From NCBI GenBank assembly GCA_038217285.1, contig JBBQPO010000014.1:1-47488 (forward strand): a DNA stretch of 47,488 nucleotides, written 5' to 3'. Below the pieces are notes generated by a model that was not told the origin of the DNA, ran no database searches, and saw only the letters and a program-made list of their open reading frames with translations. Both the position numbers and the translations under genes were made by a program. The first letter of the stretch is position 1. Each line of letters opens with the position of its first letter. Origin of the DNA: Chthonomonadales bacterium (GTDB taxonomy: Bacteria > Armatimonadota > Chthonomonadetes > Chthonomonadales > Chthonomonadaceae). Positions 36,500 through 45,942 of the stretch are shown piece after piece.

Positions 36500-39151
36500 T
36501 TAACCCTCGGCGACAAGCGCAACGATCTCCTCGACATTCGCAGTACCGGCCTGCAGGGTCAACTGTCGCAGCATCTCCGTTCCGATGCGCCCCTCCAGGG
36601 CCTCCAACGCCGTCCGCGTTTCCGTCTGTTCCGGCAGATGAAACTGGACGCAGAGTCGGTGGGCCATCGCCAGCAACAGTCCGGCCCGGCGCGGCGAATT
36701 TTGACTCTCGGTCAGTTTGCCATAGAGCAAAAGCGTCGTGGCGACGTCCGGGTTGGCGCCCAGACGAGAGAACTGCAGCAGACTTTCGCAGTAGTGACCG
36801 GAGGCTTCGCGCAGACGGCCCTCGGACTGCGCCAGTCTGCCGAGGTCCCGGCGAACACGGGCGGCGTTATGCACATCGCCGGTCTCCTTTAACAGGCGGA
36901 GGGCTTCTTCAAAGTGTTCGCGCGCCCGTCCTTTTCGGGACATGTCCAGTGCCAGTGCGCCCTGATTCGCGAGAACTGCGGCCAGGTCGCGCCGATTTCC
37001 AAGCTGCTCGAAACGGCGGGCAGCCTCCGCAAAGCAGTATTCCGCCCGGATGTGGTCGCCGGTCGCCTGCCAGGTCTCTCCGATATTGTTGATCATGGCC
37101 GCGATGCCGTTGACGAAGCCGACCTCCTGCCGTGCCTGCAGGCCCTCAGTATAGTAGTCGCGCGCCGCCTGCCACCGACCCTGCATCCGGGCGATATTCC
37201 CCAGATTGGAAAGCGCGTCTCCCAACGGATACCGGTCGCCCCGCTCGCGCAAGGCGGGAAGGCAGTCGGTCAAGAGTGTCTGCGCCTCTTCGAACTGGCC
37301 CTGGCGCGCCCGGACCCAACTGAGGTTGAGACGGCAGACCGTGGCGAGCCAGGCGTTCTCCGCGCGCAGAAAGCCTGTCAACGCCTCCTCGAACCAGAGG
37401 GAGGCGTCGGGATAGCGTCGGCGGCGTTGGGCGATGCTTCCCAGGCCGTGGCGCGCTTCCGCCAGCAGCAGCGTCTCTTCCCGCTGAATCGCCTCGGTCG
37501 CGACCGCCGTATAGAGGGCTTCGGCTTCGTCATAGTCGCCCTTATTGGTCAGACTTCCCGCTAGAGAGAGCCGCGCCCGGTCGTGCCGGGTCGCGTCTCC
37601 GGTCGCCTCGAAGGCGCGGACAGCCCGCCGCAGCCCGTCGGTCCCCTCCTGCCAGTCCCCTTGCAAAAAGAAGAAGCGATTCAACGCCAGACCGAAGCTG
37701 CCGGAGGCAAATCGCTCATCGGCGCTGTCGGCCCACCGGACGGCGGCCCGGACGTTCGGCAGATCCGTCGTGAGAGCCTGCATAGCCTGGACCTGATCGC
37801 GCTGATCCAGCCGCTCTCCCTGGCGCTTAGCGAAGCCGAGGAAATAGAGGGAATGCTTTCGTGGAGCTTCGGATCGGTCGCTTTGCAACCGTTCTTTGGC
37901 GAAGGCTTGAACGGGATCGAGCAGACGATAGCGGGTGAGGCCGCCGACCTGGACCGGTTGTAACAGCGCGTTCCGAGCGAGGGTTTTGAGGATGTCGTGC
38001 GCATTCTCCTCTTCGCAAACGGCTTCGACCTGTTCGGCGGCGAAACTTCCGGCGAAGACAGACAGACTGCGCAGCAGCCGCTGCTCACGGCGCGACAGCA
38101 GCCCGTAGGTCCAGTCGAGCAGCCCATTCAGTTTGAAAGCGCCGTTCGATGGCGCCTCCCGCTGCAGGAGATCGGCGATGTCGGCGGGCGACAACTCGTG
38201 TCCGCGGGAGGCCGTCAGTTCAATTCCCAGGGGGTTGCCCCCACTGTAGGCGCAGATCCGTTGAATCGCCTCGACCTGACGGGCTTCGGCCAGGGGATAG
38301 TCCGGATCGAAGGTCTGCACATGGGAGGCGAAAAAGCGAAAGGCGTCGTTACCCCACGGATCGTCGCAATCCTGTTCGAAACGGGTGTCGAGGGGCGGGA
38401 CGACGAGGGTTCTCTCTCCCGGAAGGCCCAGCGTGGACTTCGCTGCCACCAGCAATTGAAGTTCGGAACCGTCTTCGACGAGGCTCCCCAGGAGGCGTAC
38501 CATGCCGCGTTCGGCAGGCACGTCGTCGAGCACAAGCAGGGCGCGTTTGCCGGTGAGGAAGCGCTGCACCTCCTCAGGGCGGCCACCGCGCCGCTCCCGA
38601 GGCAGCTGTGCCGACGCCGCGATCTCCGCCAGCAATCGATCCGCATCGTTGATATGGCCGCAGGAGGCGTACCAGACCCCATCCGGATAGTGAAACGACT
38701 GTTCGACGGCTGTTTCCAGCAGGACGCGTGTCTTCCCCATACCAGAGGGTGCGTGCAGCGTGAGGCAGCGGCTCTGGCCCTGTTCAAGTTCGGCATTCAG
38801 TCGATCCTGCAGACCCGCGCGCGCCTGAAACGGCGTGGACCACGCCGGCATCTCGGCGAAGAGCCGTGCCGCCGCCTGCCGCACGAAACCGCGCAGCTCG
38901 GTGATTTCGCTGCGACAGACCGGGCAGGCGTTTTCATGCACGGCCACGCGCAGGGCCTCCTCGAAAGGGAGCGCGTCCTCCGCGAAGGCAGCCAGCCGTT
39001 CTGGATCGGGACAGCCCATATAGAGGCGATACCGATCCAGACCGATCAGTTCTTGAATGATAACATGGGGGATAGAAGCGTCCGCTTCCAGGCGGACAAA
39101 TACTTCTGCAATGGCCCGATCTACCTGAGCGTCCGTGAGAGAGGATCTCAT
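36500..39151 (-). CDS. Zinc-finger anti-sigma (zf-HC2) + STAND/NB-ARC-like ATPase + TPR protein
   Basis: CPDPERLAAF...HENACPVC; Walker A APSGMGKT; Walker B LLVLDD; GNPLGI; winged-helix-like SVFAGSF/RYRLL; multiple TPRs. Confidence 0.88.
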   Translation of the reverse strand: MRSSLTDAQVDRAIAEVFVRLEADASIPHVIIQELIGLDRYRLYMGCPDPERLAAFAEDALPFEEALRVAVHENACPVCRSEITELRGFVRQAAARLFAEMPAWSTPFQARAGLQDRLNAELEQGQSRCLTLHAPSGMGKTRVLLETAVEQSFHYPDGVWYASCGHINDADRLLAEIAASAQLPRERRGGRPEEVQRFLTGKRALLVLDDVPAERGMVRLLGSLVEDGSELQLLVAAKSTLGLPGERTLVVPPLDTRFEQDCDDPWGNDAFRFFASHVQTFDPDYPLAEARQVEAIQRICAYSGGNPLGIELTASRGHELSPADIADLLQREAPSNGAFKLNGLLDWTYGLLSRREQRLLRSLSVFAGSFAAEQVEAVCEEENAHDILKTLARNALLQPVQVGGLTRYRLLDPVQAFAKERLQSDRSEAPRKHSLYFLGFAKRQGERLDQRDQVQAMQALTTDLPNVRAAVRWADSADERFASGSFGLALNRFFFLQGDWQEGTDGLRRAVRAFEATGDATRHDRARLSLAGSLTNKGDYDEAEALYTAVATEAIQREETLLLAEARHGLGSIAQRRRRYPDASLWFEEALTGFLRAENAWLATVCRLNLSWVRARQGQFEEAQTLLTDCLPALRERGDRYPLGDALSNLGNIARMQGRWQAARDYYTEGLQARQEVGFVNGIAAMINNIGETWQATGDHIRAEYCFAEAARRFEQLGNRRDLAAVLANQGALALDMSRKGRAREHFEEALRLLKETGDVHNAARVRRDLGRLAQSEGRLREASGHYCESLLQFSRLGANPDVATTLLLYGKLTESQNSPRRAGLLLAMAHRLCVQFHLPEQTETRTALEALEGRIGTEMLRQLTLQAGTANVEEIVALVAEG

Positions 39152-39726
39152 ACGACAGCCGTCTCCTCTGTGTCTCGAATTTGCATATTGGCTCGCAGTT
39201 TGATGAGACCGGCGCGTATTCGACTTTTCACCGTTCCCAGGGGAACTCCGAGTTGTTCGGAAATCTCCTGGTTGGTTAGTTGTACCAAATAGCTCAAACA
39301 GATGACTTCGCGCTCCGCTGCGGAAAGATTCTTGATGGCCTCGTACAGAGTGATGTCGCGCAGGGTCTGCCGGTCCTGTTCGCCGTCGTCACTGTGCGTA
39401 TCGTAGACGACGGCCTCGACGGTAACGACCTCCCGGCGTTTGCGTCCGATCCAGTCCAGAACGACGTTCCCGGTCAGGCTGAAAAGCCAGGTCAGAAACG
39501 TGGAAGAGGCGCGGAAATTGGGCAGGGAGCGCCACACTTCGATCCAGACTCTCTGATCGAGGTCGTCGAGATCATCGGGACAGATCCCATGATAGACGCG
39601 ATTTTGAATCACCTTTAGAACGACACGTCGGTATTTTACCCGGAGCTGTTCGAAGGCGGTTTGATCGCGTTGCTGCGCCCGCTGGCAGAGAACCAGGTCG
39701 GGATCGTGGACCGGCATAGATTGCAT
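39148..39726 (-). CDS. ECF sigma-70 factor
   Basis: Region 2 DDLDQRVWIEVWRSL..F.TWL; region 4 LTNQEISEQLGVPLGTVKSRI; ATGA overlap with the next gene. Confidence 0.93.
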   Translation of the reverse strand: MQSMPVHDPDLVLCQRAQQRDQTAFEQLRVKYRRVVLKVIQNRVYHGICPDDLDDLDQRVWIEVWRSLPNFRASSTFLTWLFSLTGNVVLDWIGRKRREVVTVEAVVYDTHSDDGEQDRQTLRDITLYEAIKNLSAAEREVICLSYLVQLTNQEISEQLGVPLGTVKSRIRAGLIKLRANMQIRDTEETAVV

Positions 39727-39851
39727 TCTCCGCAAGGTGAGGTTCTATAAGCATAACACAGTCCGTGTCATTTTGGAAACGGTCCAGATGTGGAGTTGTT
39801 GGCTTGCCGGGTGTGAAGTTGGTCACAGCGGGCTTTATTTCAAGCGTGGAG

Positions 39852-39880
39852 TTGATTTTTCGGAGCGGCTATGTTACAAT
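39852..39880 (+). promoter_or_regulatory. tRNA promoter
   Basis: TTGATT-17 bp-TACAAT with an extended -10 TG. Confidence 0.75.
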
Positions 39881-39891
39881 AGGGTCGTCGC

Positions 39892-39980
39892 GGAGAGATG
39901 GCTGAGTGGTCGAAAGCGGCTGCCTGCTAAGCAGTTGTAGCCTGTAAGGGCTACCATGGGTTCGAATCCCGTTCTCTCCG
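39892..39980 (+). tRNA. tRNA-Ser (GCT), CCA not encoded
   Basis: Acceptor GGAGAGA/TCTCTCC, discriminator G, anticodon loop CT-GCT-AA, long variable arm GTAGCC/GGCTAC, T-loop TTCGAAT. Confidence 0.97.
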
Positions 39981-40010
39981 CTTTTCTCTTTCGTGCGCTA
40001 GTATCGGGAC

Positions 40011-41144
40011 ATGAGGTCAGTCAACGTGACAATTCGCTCCCTCCGCCTTTTCGCATCCCTGCTCTCTCTCGGCTCGCTCTGTCTTCCTGCTCTCACGGCC
40101 CACGCCAGCAACGGCCCCGAGTTCGTGCGCATCCGAACGCTCCGACATACGAGTCGCGCTCTGACCTACGCGGAGGTTCAGTCGAATCCGTCGCGCTATA
40201 TTGGCAAGACACTGGAGTTGAAAGGCGTCGTCGGCGGCACCATCGGTTCGGACGACAGTCTCTCTATCATGCTGCAACTGTCGGCTCCGGCGGCCCCGGC
40301 CGCGCCGGTGCTGGACATCCCTCGGGCGGAAGTGGCGGTCGTGCGCGAGTTCACCGCGCCCTCGCTGCGGGTGCTGGTACAGGTGGCCGTAGGCGGCAGC
40401 GGCAACGTGGTGCCGTTGAAGGTTCTGGCGGTGGCCCATGACAGCGCGGTCTTGGCGGTGGAGCGCGAGGAACAGGCGCGACAGGAGGCGGTCGACCGGT
40501 CGGCGGAGCTTCGCAAACAGGAGCAGGCCCGCTGGCACGATATGGCCAGTCGTTCGGTCCGTCGTCACTCGGTCAGTCTCGCGAAGGTGACCGGTTCCGA
40601 CACGCGTTTTGCGCCCGGCCAGAGCGGCGATTTCTCCGGCGGCCTCTCTTCCCGTGCACGCCCCCTCTTCGCTCCCTACTCCAGCTATATTTCGCGGATC
40701 AACCCGCGCCTCCGCGCCGATCAGGTTGGAACGATCACCTACCATCTTCTCAACTTCGCCGACCGTTACGATGTCGATCCTCGCCTGGTGGTCTCGATGA
40801 TCATCGCGGAGTCGGAGTTCGACCCGAACTGCACCTCCCATTCCGGCGCGATGGGGCTGGGACAGTTGATGCCGGAGACGGCGCGCGACCTCGGCATCAG
40901 CAACCCCTACGATCCCATCCAGAACCTGGGCGGGTCGGTGGCCTACCTGCGCAGCCGTCTGGACCGCTTCGCCGACAAATCGATGCCTGGCGGCGGCATG
41001 AGTATCGAGCAGGCGGCGCTGGCAATGGCGGCCTATAATGCCGGTGAGAACGCCGTCAAGAAGTACCACGGCATCCCCCCCTATCGCGAGACGCAGGCCT
41101 ATGTCCGCCGCGTCGTTAGCCTCTACCGCCAGTTGTGTTCCTGA
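40011..41144 (+). CDS. Lytic transglycosylase (SLT domain), exported
   Basis: IIAESEF, SGAMGLGQLMPETA, AAYNAG, IPPYRETQAYV; signal peptide; exact start uncertain. Confidence 0.92.
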   Translation: MRSVNVTIRSLRLFASLLSLGSLCLPALTAHASNGPEFVRIRTLRHTSRALTYAEVQSNPSRYIGKTLELKGVVGGTIGSDDSLSIMLQLSAPAAPAAPVLDIPRAEVAVVREFTAPSLRVLVQVAVGGSGNVVPLKVLAVAHDSAVLAVEREEQARQEAVDRSAELRKQEQARWHDMASRSVRRHSVSLAKVTGSDTRFAPGQSGDFSGGLSSRARPLFAPYSSYISRINPRLRADQVGTITYHLLNFADRYDVDPRLVVSMIIAESEFDPNCTSHSGAMGLGQLMPETARDLGISNPYDPIQNLGGSVAYLRSRLDRFADKSMPGGGMSIEQAALAMAAYNAGENAVKKYHGIPPYRETQAYVRRVVSLYRQLCS

Positions 41145-41166
41145 TCTCTCGCACCTAATTCGTGTT

Positions 41167-41206
41167 GCAGCCGGGCGTCCGTTTTTTGGAACGGACGCCC
41201 GGCTGC
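41167..41206. terminator. Hairpin between convergent genes (probable terminator)
   Basis: 17-bp perfect stem GCAGCCGGGCGTCCGTT/AACGGACGCCCGGCTGC. Confidence 0.75.
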
Positions 41207-41215
41207 TTTGGTGTT

Positions 41216-42253
41216 TCAGAACAGGAGGCGCGTTCCCTGCTTCAGGACGGTTCCGGCAGCGAGCACCAGCGTCGGGCCACCCGCACTGCCTTCCACCGTG
41301 CAGTCGTCTTCGATGACCGCGCCTGCGTCCACAATAACGCCTCGTAGGCGGACGCCTTTGCCGATGGTGACGCCGTCGAGCAGGATGGTCGCGTCGAGCT
41401 TCGAGCCTGCTCCCACCTTACAGCCGTTGCCTACCGAGGAGTGTCCGGTCAGCGCCGCGTCCGGGGCGACAACGCTATTCTCCCCGACGGCGATACCATG
41501 AGTAAAGGTCTGGAGGCTTCCGGAAAGTATCGCCTGCGAGGCGATCATCATCTGCTCGGGGCGGCCCATATCCATCCAGAAGCCGCCGGGTGCGATGCCG
41601 TAGATGCCAGCGGATTGAGCGAGGAAGCGCGGGAAGATATCGCGCTCGACGGACGAGGGAACGCCCTGCGGAATAGACTCGATGAACTCGGGCGCGAAGA
41701 CATAGAAACCGGCATTGATCTTATCTGTACCGGTGATCTCGAAGCTACCCTGCGACAGCAGCTTTTTTTTCTCTTCGCTCGGCTCGTTCCAGGACTGGAC
41801 CTTGCCGTCGGCATCGAGGATCAGCACTCCGAACGGGTTGGGGCTGGGAACTTCCGAGAGCGTGATGGTGGCGACGGCCTGCTTCCGGTGATGAAAACTG
41901 AGGACACGTCCGAGGTCGAAATCGGTCAGCACGTCGCCGTTGAACACCGCGACCGTCTCCCCCGGAAACCGGTCGGCAGCGTTTCGGATCGCGCCTCCCG
42001 TCCCGAGCGGAGTCTCTTCGATAGCGTAGCGCATCCGCACACCGAACCGCGTACCATCCCCAAAATGACCTTCGATCTTGTCCGCCATGTAGTTCGTCGC
42101 GAACACGAGGTCGTCGATCCCATGCTGCTTGAGCAGCGCGACCTGATACTCCAGAAACGGGCGGTTGGCGACCGGAACCAGCGGCTTCGGGCGATGGTAG
42201 GTGACGGGCCGAAGCCGCGTTCCCAACCCGCCCGCAATGATAATGCCTTTCAT
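41216..42253 (-). CDS. NDP-sugar pyrophosphorylase (mannose-1-phosphate guanylyltransferase-like)
   Basis: IAGGLGTRLRP, PKPL, PLGTGGAI, NGDVL, hexapeptide-repeat C-terminus. Confidence 0.92.
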   Translation of the reverse strand: MKGIIIAGGLGTRLRPVTYHRPKPLVPVANRPFLEYQVALLKQHGIDDLVFATNYMADKIEGHFGDGTRFGVRMRYAIEETPLGTGGAIRNAADRFPGETVAVFNGDVLTDFDLGRVLSFHHRKQAVATITLSEVPSPNPFGVLILDADGKVQSWNEPSEEKKKLLSQGSFEITGTDKINAGFYVFAPEFIESIPQGVPSSVERDIFPRFLAQSAGIYGIAPGGFWMDMGRPEQMMIASQAILSGSLQTFTHGIAVGENSVVAPDAALTGHSSVGNGCKVGAGSKLDATILLDGVTIGKGVRLRGVIVDAGAVIEDDCTVEGSAGGPTLVLAAGTVLKQGTRLLF

Positions 42254-42460
42254 TCAGTGATGTCCTTGTAATCTTTTTCCTAGAGAGGGAGGTGAAACGA
42301 TGAGAGTGCAACACCCAACCATTCCCTGTCGAGTTCTGCTTTTCCTGCCTGTAGCGCCGACGCTGCATCGGGAACCATGCACGGGCATACCCTGAAAATT
42401 GCCTCGCAACTCACCCTGTTGTTTCCCACCGACACATCTTGAACTTTATGCAAACTCTTC

Positions 42461-42489
42461 TTGACATACAGAATAACATACGTTATAAT
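42461..42489 (+). promoter_or_regulatory. Perfect-consensus sigma70 promoter
   Basis: TTGACA-17 bp-TATAAT. Confidence 0.85.
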
Positions 42490-42627
42490 CCCGATAGAGG
42501 CAGGCTTGGTCCGTACAGAAAGCGTTGTCTGCGCTCAAGGCGAAGAGTGTCGTCACATCTTGAACAACGGTCTACACAATTTGAAGTGTTGGGCCGTGTC
42601 GTCTGAAGTCGAGGAAGGAGAAGTCGC

Positions 42628-43269
42628 GTGAATCAGGATGAAATACGTGCATTGGGCGTAGGTGTTGACATCAGTCACCACAACGTCGATAATCGGGGCG
42701 CTGTGATCGACTGGAACGCGGTGCTGGCAGCCGGCTTTAAGTTCGCGGTCGTGAAGGCCACCTACGGTCCCAACTTTGTCGATCCTCAGTTTGTCAACAA
42801 CGTCCAGGGAGCCGTCGCCGCTGGACTGGTGGTCGGCGCATACCATTTCCTGCGTCCTGGCGCAGACGCCGCCGCCCAGGCAGCCTCCTTTCTTGCTCAG
42901 GTGAATGCCGTCGGCGTCGAGAACCTGGCGTTGGGTGCGGCGGTCGATGTGGAGGATCCTGACGACGATCCTGGCGCCTGGAACCGCATCCCGAATGAAA
43001 CGCGCATCCTGAAGGTGGCGCACTGGCTGCAGCCCATCGAAGCCGTCTTTCCCGACAAACCCTTGATCTACTGCATTCCCCACTGGTGGGCGCAGATGTT
43101 CGGAACCGCCGGAGACTTCTCGAGTCATCCGCTCTGGGCGGCCAGTCCGGGCGGGACGCCTAATCTGCACGGTACAACCTGGACAGAGTGGACGATCTGG
43201 CAGTTCAATTTCTTCGGAACCGTGCCGGGACTAGGTTTCAAATCCGTTGATCTCGACCGAACGCAGTAA
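42628..43269 (+). CDS. GH25 muramidase (lysozyme), catalytic domain only
   Basis: GVDISHHN, IDW, VKATYG, GAYHF, VDVE, LW, IWQF, VDLD; GTG start after AGGAG. Confidence 0.9.
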   Translation: MNQDEIRALGVGVDISHHNVDNRGAVIDWNAVLAAGFKFAVVKATYGPNFVDPQFVNNVQGAVAAGLVVGAYHFLRPGADAAAQAASFLAQVNAVGVENLALGAAVDVEDPDDDPGAWNRIPNETRILKVAHWLQPIEAVFPDKPLIYCIPHWWAQMFGTAGDFSSHPLWAASPGGTPNLHGTTWTEWTIWQFNFFGTVPGLGFKSVDLDRTQ

Positions 43270-43622
43270 GCGGTGTGCCAAGAGGAGAACCATCAAGCAC
43301 ACGGCTCTCCTCTTCAGGCCGTTCGACGAAAACGGACGGCCTATCTACTTTACAGGCCATGCGGTCTTCTACAGATAGCGGGAGAAGACCTGCTCCACCC
43401 AATCGATAATGCCGTGAAATGCAGGCAGTCCTGATTCTCGGCACGCCCGCAGCGCAGGACAGCCAAGACGTATTCCATAATCGGGAGCGCTCTCCAGAGA
43501 TATCTCCTCGATCGCTCTATGCGCGATCTTCAGGGTTCCGGCCTGTAGGACGGCATCCAGAGGGTCTGCGCCTGCCGAGTCCCAGAGGTAGCGATCTGTC
43601 CGTCTCAGCATTGTAAGAGAGA

Positions 43623-44048
43623 ATGAACAGATTCGACGGCGCGAACTCGGGCGGCACCAACCTGGGGCCGACCAGTAAGAAACTGATGGAAGGCCAGCAT
43701 GGCGGTAAGAAGGACGACGCAACCGACTTCGACGGGATGAAAGATCTGGCCGCCGCGTATAGAAAAGAGAACGTGCAGGCGGACGGTACGCCCCTGCCCG
43801 ATGGCGTCGCGATTCCGACAGACGCGGTCACCCGCTCTGCCAGCGGACTCGATCCGGAGGTAAGCCCTACCAACGCCGACCTCCAGGTCTATCGCGTAGC
43901 GAAAGCGCGGGGAACCTCTGTGGAACAGGTTCGCGGCCTCCTCACGCAGAATACCCAGGCGCGGACACTGGGCGTTCTCGGCGAGCCCCGCGTGAACGTC
44001 TTGAAACTGAACCTCGCGCTTGACGGTGCCGCTCCGTTGAAAAAGTAA
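43623..44048 (+). pseudogene. kdpC: 5'-truncated K+-transporting ATPase subunit C
   Basis: SGGTNLGPTS, DAVTRSASGLDP, GEPRVNVLKLNLALD present; N-terminal TM and the kdpA/kdpB genes absent. Confidence 0.85.
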
Positions 44049-44092
44049 GTTTCCCAGCGATGAAATCCCGGAGATCGGCTTGAGGAGTGTTG

Positions 44093-45928
44093 ATGATGCG
44101 CGACCTGCGAATACAGCTTCTAGTCAGTCATCTGGTGCTCGTCGGCCTGATGCTGGTGGTGATGATAGGCGCCGTCGTCAACTTCTTTCATCTGGGCCGC
44201 TCGATCGACCGGATCCTCAAGGACAACTACGCCAGCGTCATCGTCGCTCAGGATATGAAGGAGACCCTGGAGCGCCAGGATAGCGCGACCACCTTCTTTC
44301 TGGAAGGCAGAACCCAGGAGGCGCGCGACCAGTACCGGCAGAATCGCCTGCTTTTCGAGAAGGCGTACAGCTATGAAGCGCACAATATCACCGAGGTCGG
44401 GGAGCAGGAATTGGCCGACGATATCGGTCAGAATTATGCGGCCTATCGGGACGAGCTTGAGAAGCTCTTCTTCGCCACTCCTCCCCTCTCGAAAAAGGCG
44501 GCGGACGCCGTCTATGTACGGAGGCTCCTGCCGGAGTTTCTGCATCTGAAAGGGCAGGCACAGGCCGTTCTCGATCTCAACCAGAAGGCGATCCTCCGGG
44601 CGAACGGCGAAGCCAAGGCCGAGGCTCGCGCAGCCTCCTACACCGGACTGGGAGTCACGGTAGGGACGTTTCTACTGGCGCTGTTCTTCGCCTCATGGAC
44701 CATTCGGGCCGCGCTCGATCCCCTGCGGACCCTGGCTCGGCAGGCGGAAGAGATCGGTCGAGGGCACCTGAACCAACGGATCCTCCTCAACAGAACTGAT
44801 GAGATCGGTGGACTGGCGCTGTCGTTCAACCAGATGGCGGAGAAACTGCGCGAGGCCCGTAAGCAGGAAGAGGAGCGATTACGACGGGCGGAACGGATGT
44901 CGGATGCCGCGCTGGAAAACCTGTACGACCCGGTCATCGTCACCGATGCGCAGGGCCGAATCGTGCATCTGAATAAGACGGCGGAGGGCCTGTTCGGCGC
45001 GGCGGTGCGCCTGGCAGGGATACCGATCAGTCAGGGAATCTCGAACCGACGCATTGTGGAAGCCGTGGACCGTGCCATTCATCAGGAGAGCATCTCGGCG
45101 GCGGAAGATGAGGCCGGGTTCGTTCCCCTGACGGTAGGCGAAGCAAAGCGTACTTACCGCCTGCGAGCGACGCCGATGCGCGACGAGGAGTCGAACCTGT
45201 TGGGAGCCGTCGCCGTGCTGGAAGACATCACTCATCTGCGCGAACTCGACCGCCTGAAAACGGAGTTCATCGGCGTGGCTTCGCACGAGCTTCGCACCCC
45301 GGTCACGTCGCTGCAGCTCTCCGTTCAGTTGCTGGAAGAGGGAGCCGTGGGAGTATTGACGGCGGAACAACGCGAGATCGTGGCGGCGCAAAAGGAAGAC
45401 TTGCAGCGACTGGAACGTCTGATGAGCGACCTGCTCGATATCACCCGACTGGAAGCCGGCGTGACACCTCCGCGCATCGAGATCGTCACGCCACAGGCCC
45501 TCATCAAGGCGGCCGTGGACGCCGTGATGGCCCAGGCGGAGAGACAGGGGCTCGACCTCACAACCGACGTACCGCGGCGTCTGCCCGCCGTCCGTGCCGA
45601 TGCCGGGCAGATCCATCGGGTCTTGTTGAACCTGCTGAACAATTCGATACGCCATACTCCTTCCGGCGGACACATTACCGTGAGCGCGGCGTTGGACGAG
45701 AAGTGGGTTCGGTTTGTGGTGCACGATACCGGCAGCGGCATTCCCGCCGACCACCTGCCTCAGATTTTCGACCGGTTCGTGCAGGTTCCCGGCGCGACAC
45801 AGGGTGGTGCGGGGCTTGGACTATCGATTGCCAGAAACATTATTGAGGCGCACGGCGGAACGATGAGCGCGGTGAGCGAGCCGGGTCAGGGCAGCACTTT
45901 GCAGTTCCACCTGCCCGCCGCAGTTTAG
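44093..45928 (+). CDS. Membrane sensor histidine kinase (periplasmic helical bundle, HAMP, PAS)
   Basis: Two TMs, HAMP DEIGGLALSFNQM, SHELRTP, NLLNNSIRH, DTGSGI, GAGLGL. Confidence 0.93.
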   Translation: MMRDLRIQLLVSHLVLVGLMLVVMIGAVVNFFHLGRSIDRILKDNYASVIVAQDMKETLERQDSATTFFLEGRTQEARDQYRQNRLLFEKAYSYEAHNITEVGEQELADDIGQNYAAYRDELEKLFFATPPLSKKAADAVYVRRLLPEFLHLKGQAQAVLDLNQKAILRANGEAKAEARAASYTGLGVTVGTFLLALFFASWTIRAALDPLRTLARQAEEIGRGHLNQRILLNRTDEIGGLALSFNQMAEKLREARKQEEERLRRAERMSDAALENLYDPVIVTDAQGRIVHLNKTAEGLFGAAVRLAGIPISQGISNRRIVEAVDRAIHQESISAAEDEAGFVPLTVGEAKRTYRLRATPMRDEESNLLGAVAVLEDITHLRELDRLKTEFIGVASHELRTPVTSLQLSVQLLEEGAVGVLTAEQREIVAAQKEDLQRLERLMSDLLDITRLEAGVTPPRIEIVTPQALIKAAVDAVMAQAERQGLDLTTDVPRRLPAVRADAGQIHRVLLNLLNNSIRHTPSGGHITVSAALDEKWVRFVVHDTGSGIPADHLPQIFDRFVQVPGATQGGAGLGLSIARNIIEAHGGTMSAVSEPGQGSTLQFHLPAAV

Positions 45929-45942
45929 AAAGGCAGCAGACG

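Noticed and set aside
36500-39151. Avs-type antiphage STAND defence gene
   Set aside because: No nuclease, TIR, SIR2 or protease effector; the N-terminus is a ZAS motif coupled to an ECF sigma, which points to regulation.
39892-39980. tRNA-Ser as an integration site for a genomic island
   Set aside because: No integrase and no duplicated tRNA 3' end were seen; the ECF cluster lies on the 5' side.
43270-43622. Short ORFs between GH25 and the kdpC remnant
   Set aside because: No recognisable motifs or good starts; possibly degraded sequence, but unsupported.
407-45754. Many long antisense or alternate-frame ORFs (e.g. 407-1780+, 2515-4266+, 8517-10019-, 18918-20237+, 21436-22959+, 28045-30054+, 37997-39292+)
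   Set aside because: They are shadow ORFs opposite well-supported genes in GC-rich DNA and show no recognisable motifs.
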